From Prochlorococcus marinus str. MIT 0917 (lineage in GTDB: Bacteria > Cyanobacteriota > Cyanobacteriia > PCC-6307 > Cyanobiaceae), in NCBI RefSeq assembly GCF_027359575.1, contig NZ_CP114784.1, forward strand, positions 719,819 through 743,818: a DNA stretch of 24,000 bases, in the 5' to 3' direction. Position 1 is the first letter of the stretch. Each line of letters begins with the position of its first letter. A program made the translations under genes and the position numbers. A model generated the notes under the pieces. The model had not been told where the DNA came from and ran no database searches. It saw only the letters and a list, made by a program, of their open reading frames with translations. Below are positions 1 to 5,630 of this stretch, piece after piece.

Positions 1-1
1 T

Positions 2-127
2 AAAAACGATAGCATCGATAACGCAGATCAAGGTTTAATGAAGAGATTGCTTCAAAAATACAAGCTCAAAAGTCTTTGCGATACAGACGGCATTAAAGAC
101 AGAAAAGATCAGAAGAGGTTTGCCTAA
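2..127 (+). CDS. 3' end of an ORF truncated by the window edge (hypothetical)
   Basis: The frame is open from base 2 to TAA at 125-127 (..KNDSIDNADQGLMKRLLQKYKLKSLCDTDGIKDRKDQKRFA*). The stop lies 4 nt before the next ATG at 132, matching the tight packing of the following genes. No family recognised. Confidence 0.25.
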   Translation, partial: KNDSIDNADQGLMKRLLQKYKLKSLCDTDGIKDRKDQKRFA

Positions 128-131
128 GATT

Positions 132-293
132 ATGAATAAGAAATCAAAATCTAGAAATGGATTCATCCATTTATACAACCCAAAGGAAGAAGGATTGGGA
201 TCATACGATGTCCACTATATAAATGCTTATAAAAAAAATAATAAATTAGAAATAAAAACAAACAAAAAGAATCCAGAAAGGTACGCAGCATGA
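132..293 (+). CDS. small basic hypothetical protein (53 aa), not in ORF track
   Basis: Hand translation from ATG 132: MNKKSKSRNGFIHLYNPKEEGLGSYDVHYINAYKKNNKLEIKTNKKNPERYAA*. The TGA at 291-293 overlaps the ATG at 290 of the next ORF (ATGA coupling). Confidence 0.4.
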   Translation: MNKKSKSRNGFIHLYNPKEEGLGSYDVHYINAYKKNNKLEIKTNKKNPERYAA

Positions 294-610
294 TTCCATT
301 TATTAGAAGTATTTCAGAGTTAATGGTAATGACTGACTCAAGAGATATTAAAAAAACTCTTTCTAAAAACAATGCATTGGATATCTCTACAATCGATAGT
401 GGGCAGAGAAAAAGATATATAAGGTCACTAGATAAAAAAATAGTTGAACTCCCAAATCTACCAAAAACAATAAGACGTAAGTGGATACAAAATAAAGAAT
501 ATATCTCAAAGTTCATCGATGAACTAGATTACAATAATCAGATTCAATCATCATACGATCTTACGTTATTAGAAAGACAAAACAAGATAAACAAACAAGA
601 TATTGCCTAA
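290..610 (+). CDS. hypothetical protein (106 aa)
   Basis: ORF-track ORF. It has a 4-nt overlap with the upstream small ORF and a 2-nt gap to the next ORF, an operon-like arrangement. No recognisable motifs. Confidence 0.55.
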   Translation: MIPFIRSISELMVMTDSRDIKKTLSKNNALDISTIDSGQRKRYIRSLDKKIVELPNLPKTIRRKWIQNKEYISKFIDELDYNNQIQSSYDLTLLERQNKINKQDIA

Positions 611-612
611 TT

Positions 613-954
613 ATGAAAATAAATAAAATAAATAATCTATTAGAATATTTATCAGCAACCGTAATTATCTCCTATTTTTTTATTCATAATATTTTATTAG
701 TTCTGATTGGAATTATATTTTCATTATATTTGATTAACATTAATTTTATTACTAGTTTTCTAAGATCATTAAAAATAGATTTAATAATTGAAAAAGTATA
801 TCAGGTGTTAATTAAAAAAGATAAGGTAAAAAAATCTGATTCTATCAATACAAAATCAATAACAAATGGTCCCCAGCTTACATTAGTTGAAAAAATAGAA
901 GAGCTAGGATTCATTCCCTCTATAAAAAACAATAATGATAATAATGCACTATAA
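613..954 (+). CDS. hypothetical membrane protein (113 aa)
   Basis: Two hydrophobic helices (ATVIISYFFIHNILLVLIGIIFSLYLININFI) are followed by a charged tail. It starts 2 nt after the previous stop. Confidence 0.6.
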   Translation: MKINKINNLLEYLSATVIISYFFIHNILLVLIGIIFSLYLININFITSFLRSLKIDLIIEKVYQVLIKKDKVKKSDSINTKSITNGPQLTLVEKIEELGFIPSIKNNNDNNAL

Positions 955-1053
955 TTTTTTTATATCTAACATCAATACTAAATAATTGTCTTTATAAAGC
1001 TATCTATCTATTTACACTTATATCGATAAAAGGTAGTATGAAATACATGCTAA

Positions 1054-1254
1054 ATGCAAATGGAAAAAGATCAAAAAAGCATAGAAGACATATTAGTTAA
1101 AGGTTTATCACATATTCTAAAAAGAACAGTAGAAGTGAGCCCTAAGGATCAATTAGCTATTGCACAAGAGTATAAAGAGTGGATAAACTGTATATCTGCT
1201 AGTGATTTCTCAGAACAAGAGATACTAATTATAGATAAATTTACATTTAGTTAG
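1054..1254 (+). CDS. small hypothetical protein, paralog A of a 66-aa family (true start may be the second ATG at 1060)
   Basis: Shares SIExI..LS..L.R..E....D....QE(Y/F)KEWI......QEIL with the ORF at 4348-4548. Nucleotide similarity also covers about 20 nt upstream of both starts (aaatacat-ctaaa). Confidence 0.6.
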   Translation: MQMEKDQKSIEDILVKGLSHILKRTVEVSPKDQLAIAQEYKEWINCISASDFSEQEILIIDKFTFS

Positions 1255-1634
1255 GTTAATAATATAGATATATAATATTGAATGATTCCATAGCGAATAT
1301 TTTATTCAATTTTTATTTTAAAATATGAGAAATATATATTTATGATATAGAATAATATCGAATATTAACTTATGCTTAAGTACGTCCTCATAAAAATTAT
1401 TTATAAACAAATTTAATTACTACTTAATAAAATCTAAAATAAAAATATAATATAAACAATAATTTTATATTGAATTTTTCTAAATTTAACTTTTAGCTAT
1501 TTTTATTTCGATTCAGGCTCTTAATTGAGTAAATAAAAGAATTATATATATTTAATTTAATTTTATAGATTTTTAATATTATATATAGCAGATTCAATAG
1601 TGCATGACAATCTGCATAACCAAAGAAGATAAAA

Positions 1635-1662
1635 TTGACATTACATAATACTGATGTACTAT
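1635..1662 (+). promoter_or_regulatory. candidate sigma70-type promoter (TTGACA, 16-nt spacer, TACTAT)
   Basis: TTGACA at 1635-1640 and TACTAT at 1657-1662, upstream of the 1739/1800 ORFs. In AT-rich DNA such matches arise by chance, so this is tentative. Confidence 0.3.
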
Positions 1663-1799
1663 TAAGAGGTGTTTCGCCTCTATTTAGGAATCTGAATTTT
1701 CTTCCCCCAACCCAAACAAAATCATTTAATTTCCAAGCATGATTAATAAAATGATCAAAAGTGGAACGGGATTCTTAGCTTATTTAATCGAACAATCAA

Positions 1800-2018
1800 A
1801 TGGAGAATTTAATGGAATCTTCAAGCACTTCAAGCTGGAAATCAACAACGAGCCTAAAGCTTTCAAGCGAACTAGGAGTAGGAAGAGAAGCTCTCATAAC
1901 AAGCTCCACAAGGGAGTTGGTTGAATTTTATTGGACAAATAGAAAACGGTTTTCAGGTGGTTATATAGGCTTTCCATCCAAAACAATAGAGATCAGAGTA
2001 AATAAAGACTTAACTTGA
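1800..2018 (+). CDS. small HTH-like protein (72 aa), possibly the C-terminal part of a frameshifted gene beginning at 1739
   Basis: KLSSELGVGREALI resembles the ELGVSRxT(V/L/I) helix-turn-helix pattern. It overlaps the ORF 1739-1924 in another frame, and both frames are open over 1788-1924. Confidence 0.4.
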   Translation: MENLMESSSTSSWKSTTSLKLSSELGVGREALITSSTRELVEFYWTNRKRFSGGYIGFPSKTIEIRVNKDLT

Positions 2019-2094
2019 AATTTCTTATTTGTGGTTTTCCGGTCTAAATTAATTATTAAGCATATTTAAACACAAATAAAATAATAAATTATGG

Positions 2095-2313
2095 TTATTC
2101 TTTATCTCTAATTACTTCATATGAATTCGGAGCAAATATTAAAAATACTATCCACCAAACAAAAATAAAAAACCCTATAATTGAAGTAAATATAATGTTA
2201 TTAAATAGTTTCCAACTAAAAATTAGAACTAAAATTCCAAAGCTAATAATTGACCAAGGTTGACACCAGTAAGGCTTTGAATCCCAAAAATCTTTTTTTG
2301 TATTTGTATCCAT
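2095..2313 (-). CDS. small Trp-rich integral membrane protein (72 aa)
   Basis: Two clear TM segments (WSIISFGILVLIFSW; IIGFFIFVWWIVFLIF). It lies 48 nt downstream of, and co-directional with, the repeat-protein gene. Confidence 0.7.
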   Translation of the reverse strand: MDTNTKKDFWDSKPYWCQPWSIISFGILVLIFSWKLFNNIIFTSIIGFFIFVWWIVFLIFAPNSYEVIRDKE

Positions 2314-2361
2314 TAAAGAAACTTTAAAAATGATTAAGGGAAGCGATTCAATGCTAATCGC

Positions 2362-2865
2362 TTATTCATACTTGTCGCCTTCGACAGTCTTCTCTTCCTT
2401 GACAGGCTGATCCTCTTCAACAGGCTTCTCTTCTTCAACAGGCTTCTCTTCTTCAACAGGCTTCTCTTCTTCGACAGGCTGATCCTCTTCAACAGGCTTC
2501 TCTTCTTCGACAGGATTCTCTTCTTCGACAGGCTGATCCTCTTCAACAGGCTTCTCTTCTTCGACAGGATTCTCTTCTTCGACAGGCTGATCCTCTTCAA
2601 CAGGCTTCTCTTCTTCGACAGGATTCTCTTCTTCGACAGGCTTAATTTCAACTATGTTTTCAATTGAAGAAGAGGTCTCACTATTAGTAAAAATCTTAGA
2701 AACCTCCTTACCAGAATCAGACTCTGAGCCCTTAAGTAAAAATTTCAGAACATATCTAAGAGAGACAAACAAAGCTATTGGGAGGACAAGTCCCAATAGC
2801 AATTTATAGAGAATTATTCCTATTCCAAGGACAGCAATAGAAATAAAAATGTTCTTCCTGTTCAT
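2362..2865 (-). CDS. membrane-anchored acidic Pro/Glu tandem-repeat protein (167 aa)
   Basis: An N-terminal hydrophobic hairpin (IFISIAVLGIGIILYKLLLGLVLPIALFVSL) is followed by about 14 PVEE(E/D)(N/K/Q) hexapeptides. The frame with the TM anchor is coherent, whereas the other frame is a low-complexity shadow. Confidence 0.75.
   Translation of the reverse strand: MNRKNIFISIAVLGIGIILYKLLLGLVLPIALFVSLRYVLKFLLKGSESDSGKEVSKIFTNSETSSSIENIVEIKPVEEENPVEEEKPVEEDQPVEEENPVEEEKPVEEDQPVEEENPVEEEKPVEEDQPVEEEKPVEEEKPVEEEKPVEEDQPVKEEKTVEGDKYE
2407..2640. repeat. 13 in-phase 18-nt tandem units, of which the last three 54-nt super-units are identical
   Basis: Counted by hand. The units are ctgatcctcttcaacagg, cttctcttcttc(a/g)acagg and attctcttcttcgacagg. 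Segments 2479-2532, 2533-2586 and 2587-2640 are identical base for base. Confidence 0.95.
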
Positions 2866-2987
2866 ATGAGCTAAATGAATAGATACTAAATCTAATCTAT
2901 TTCTGAGTTATCTTGATGACATAGTTTAAACGCGATGTTTATTTAAATAATCTAAATTGTAATTATTAACGATTAACGCTAAATTCA

Positions 2988-3413
2988 ATGCTCATCAAAG
3001 AGAAAGAATTAAAAAAATTCTTTAACTTATCTTATGGAGAGAAAGCTCCATCAAAGGAAGAATGGGAATCTTTGTACAATCAACAAGTTAAATTCATCGA
3101 TCCTACTCAAGAAAAAAATGGAATTGATGCATATATCAAAGCTCAAGATGGATTAATCAAAAGATGTGATGATATTTATTTAAAATCACATTCAATTGCT
3201 ATAAATAATAATATTGCTTTTGTTGAGTGGACAATGGGTTTAAAAATAAAAGGTATAGAATTTATATACGATGGGACAACAAGATTAATATTTGATGAAG
3301 AAGGGAAAGTAAAAGAACATAGAGATTATTTTGATTTTTGTTCAGGAACATTTGGTAATATTCCATTTATAGGAGCATTTTTTAGATTTTTATACTCAAG
3401 ATTTGTTGACTAA
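2988..3413 (+). CDS. NTF2-fold / SnoaL-like domain protein (141 aa)
   Basis: Size and pattern are typical of SnoaL-like proteins (..FIDPTQ..GIDAY......R..D.....HSIAINNNIAFVEWTM......IEFIYDGTTRLIFDEEGKVKEHRDYFD). Assigned from memory of the family, not from a search. Confidence 0.65.
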   Translation: MLIKEKELKKFFNLSYGEKAPSKEEWESLYNQQVKFIDPTQEKNGIDAYIKAQDGLIKRCDDIYLKSHSIAINNNIAFVEWTMGLKIKGIEFIYDGTTRLIFDEEGKVKEHRDYFDFCSGTFGNIPFIGAFFRFLYSRFVD

Positions 3414-3569
3414 AATATTTATAATGTTAAAAAAAATAAGTAGTAAATTTGCCTAATCGCAAACCAAAAAAAATAATATTTACTTATTTTCTAATTTATT
3501 TTTGTTTATTTGATAATAAACGTAATTAATTTTTTTTAGCTATAACAAAAGTGGTGTTGAAAGAATCAA

Positions 3570-3926
3570 ATGGGAGCATTAGTTGAGTTAATCAAAAAAA
3601 CCTACGACCATAAAGCATGTTTAGAGATTGCTAGTAGTGGTTGTTCTGATGGTGCATGCACAAGACATAACTATCAAGCAGACACTCTCTTGCTCTACAT
3701 GAGTTACTCAGATGAAATAATCCAATACACTTCAGAAAGACTCGGATACTCTTTTCTTTCTAATCTTGCAAGAGATTTTGGATCACCACTAAAAGACAAT
3801 AAAGATCAAGATGAATTCTCATGGCAAGAAGTAGTATCGGCTTGTCCTAATAAGGATGACTATAAACACGCTCTTGTATGGAAATTTATAGAATTAGTCG
3901 CTAAAGAAAAAAGTTTAGAACACTAA
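3570..3926 (+). CDS. hypothetical soluble protein (118 aa)
   Basis: ORF with non-repetitive, protein-like composition, including a Cys cluster SSGCSDGAC. No family recognised. Confidence 0.6.
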   Translation: MGALVELIKKTYDHKACLEIASSGCSDGACTRHNYQADTLLLYMSYSDEIIQYTSERLGYSFLSNLARDFGSPLKDNKDQDEFSWQEVVSACPNKDDYKHALVWKFIELVAKEKSLEH

Positions 3927-3981
3927 TAATTAAATATAGAAATTAATTGGAATTAAATTATCTATTAATATAGAATTAATA

Positions 3982-4164
3982 CTACAGATAATTTAATTTT
4001 CGAAAAAGATCAAAAACTGATCTCATCCAATGAGGTTGAAAAATAAAATAAATTGCACCAAAGAAGAATATTGCACCTATTATTCCATAAATTTGAACCT
4101 CTATTTCTTCCCAAATCTCCTCAATCCAAATAAGGATATATTTATCTTTACTTTCTCTTTCCAT
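3982..4164 (-). CDS. possible small membrane protein (60 aa)
   Basis: One TM helix (IYGIIGAIFFFGAIYFIF) preceded by an acidic N-terminus. It competes with a less protein-like plus-strand ORF at 4030-4218. Confidence 0.35.
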   Translation of the reverse strand: MERESKDKYILIWIEEIWEEIEVQIYGIIGAIFFFGAIYFIFQPHWMRSVFDLFRKLNYL

Positions 4165-4347
4165 TTAAAAATAGATTTAGAAAAACACGATAAACAAATA
4201 ATAACTAGTTTGAAATAATATTTATAAAAATACCTTAGTTTTTTCTATAATTATATTCGATTGATAAATTGAATATAAAATTATGGTCAAAAAGACTCGT
4301 TAGAGAGAATTTTTAATTAAAATTTCTAAAATACATCTAAACTAAAA

Positions 4348-4548
4348 TTGAATAATAATCCTTCTATTGAAGAAATAATTTCAGTCACACTTAGCTGTAC
4401 ATTAATTAGGATGACTGAATTAGATAGAATAGATAGATCCGTTCTTTATCAAGAATTTAAAGAATGGATTGTAAATTCCGGAGAAAATGAAAAGAGACAA
4501 GAAATTTTATGCCTGAGGTACTTAAGAAATGACAGAAAGATTAATTAG
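4348..4548 (+). CDS. small hypothetical protein, paralog B of the 66-aa family (TTG start)
   Basis: By hand alignment, about 20 of about 55 positions are identical to ORF 1054-1254. The TTG at 4348 aligns with the second ATG (1060) of paralog A. Confidence 0.55.
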   Translation: MNNNPSIEEIISVTLSCTLIRMTELDRIDRSVLYQEFKEWIVNSGENEKRQEILCLRYLRNDRKIN

Positions 4549-4645
4549 ATTAACTTATATTTAACATTTGATTATCTAGCAGAAAAGGAATTTTCAAATC
4601 CTCATTCAAGGACAAAAAGCACTAGAATAAAGTAAATCTAAAGAA

Positions 4646-4894
4646 ATGTTCACTTCTATATTTTCTCTTTTCTTCTCAACTTTACTTTGGGTTCAAGTGC
4701 CTCAGTGGAGTGATAACTGGTCAAAATGTGCTGTGGATGTACCCGACACTGCATGCCATTGGTATATAGTTTCTCCAGACAATACTTTCGGTAAAGGATT
4801 CGATTGGGCCACAGCCCCTTGGTTTGATGCAAACGGTCTGAATGATGTTGCAAAGGTTTCTTCTGAAACAGTTGTAGAAAAACTACAAGCATAA
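4646..4894 (+). CDS. small Trp-rich, probably exported protein (82 aa)
   Basis: A hydrophobic N-terminus (MFTSIFSLFFSTLLWVQV) is followed by six Trp and two Cys (SKCAVDVPDTACHWY). It is visibly more GC-rich than its flanks. Confidence 0.6.
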   Translation: MFTSIFSLFFSTLLWVQVPQWSDNWSKCAVDVPDTACHWYIVSPDNTFGKGFDWATAPWFDANGLNDVAKVSSETVVEKLQA

Positions 4895-4976
4895 GAAATT
4901 AGCAGAAAATTAATATCTTTAGTATTTCTTATATAACAGGTTTAGAAAAAAATCATTAAATAATAACCAGGAATAA

Positions 4977-5432
4977 TCAATTTCTAATTTCACCTAATAC
5001 TCTTAATGCTTCATTTACATGAGCAGGACCATTTAAAAGGTCGTTGAAAATATGCCTAATAACACCTCTAGCGTCAACAATATAAGTCACACGGCCATCA
5101 AGCAAACCAAGAACTTTAGGGACACCAAAAGCTCTTCTCAAAGAATTATCTGTATCACATAGTAAAGGAAATGGAAGCTTATTTTTGTCAGCAAAAGATC
5201 TGTGGCTAGCTTCATCATCACCACTCACCCCCCAAACCTCAGCACCAAATAGTTTAAAAAGATCATATTTATCTCTAAAGCCGCAATTTTCAGCTGTGCA
5301 ACCAGGGGTATCATCTTTCGGATAAAAAAATAGAACTAGTGGCCTACCTTTAGCTTGCTTATTCGTCCTAGCAACTCCTAACTGATCAGAGAGTGAGAAA
5401 TCAGGTATTTGATCGCCTAACTTTAAAGGCAT
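4977..5432 (-). CDS. bcp: peroxiredoxin, BCP/PrxQ type
   Basis: FFYPKDDTPGCTAENCGFRD carries the peroxidatic Cys motif (PxDxTPGCT). The length of 151 aa is typical of Bcp. Confidence 0.95.
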   Translation of the reverse strand: MPLKLGDQIPDFSLSDQLGVARTNKQAKGRPLVLFFYPKDDTPGCTAENCGFRDKYDLFKLFGAEVWGVSGDDEASHRSFADKNKLPFPLLCDTDNSLRRAFGVPKVLGLLDGRVTYIVDARGVIRHIFNDLLNGPAHVNEALRVLGEIRN

Positions 5433-5630
5433 TTTTATCCTAAAATTACATTAATTCATTATATAAAAAATTAGGGCATATTGGAGGTAAAAAGAGTTAA
5501 TCAAATAGTATTTACTCTATAATTTATAAATCAAGCGTTAGTAACTTTGGATTGGAAACTATAGATATATTAAGCTTAAATAATAAGATTTTCGGGTTTT
5601 AGTATAATGCTATTAATTAAATAAAAGTCA

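Noticed and set aside
163-516. 117-aa minus-strand ORF
   Set aside because: It is antisense to two tightly coupled plus-strand ORFs. Its Phe/Leu/Ile-rich low-complexity sequence is typical of the reverse frame of AT-rich coding DNA.
1739-1924. 61-aa ORF as an independent gene
   Set aside because: Its C-terminal half (KRTRSRKRSSHNKLHKGVG) looks like an out-of-frame reading of the better ORF 1800-2018. I kept it only as the possible 5' part of a frameshifted gene.
2407-2640. Possible CRISPR array, because of the regular short repeats
   Set aside because: The units are directly adjacent with no unique spacers, they are in phase with a coding frame, and no cas genes are nearby.
2334-2651. 105-aa ORF of KRSLLKRISLSKKRIL repeats on the minus strand
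   Set aside because: It is an alternative-frame shadow of the 18-nt tandem repeat. It has no N-terminal non-repeat domain, and the frame carrying the TM anchor (2362-2865) is the coherent gene.
2362-2865. TonB homolog, because of the TM anchor plus Pro/Glu-rich spacer
   Set aside because: There is no C-terminal TonB domain, since the protein ends right after the repeats, and no exbB/exbD genes are nearby.
2965-2980. Shared 11-mer attaacgatta upstream of both the SnoaL-like gene (about 2966) and serS (about 21866), considered as a possible common regulatory motif
   Set aside because: A rough estimate shows that hundreds of 11-mer coincidences are expected by chance in 24 kb of DNA this AT-rich. 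The flanking similarity is weak.
4030-4218. 62-aa plus-strand ORF
   Set aside because: It overlaps the more protein-like minus-strand ORF 3982-4164, and its composition looks like AT-rich noise.
1054-4548. The two 66-aa paralogs as a target-site or terminal duplication of a mobile element
   Set aside because: They are only about one-third identical at the protein level, so the duplication is ancient. No recombinase or terminal inverted repeats lie between them.
4656-4892. 78-aa minus-strand ORF
   Set aside because: It is a complete antisense shadow of the 4646-4894 gene, kept open by locally higher GC. It has no signal or TM logic.
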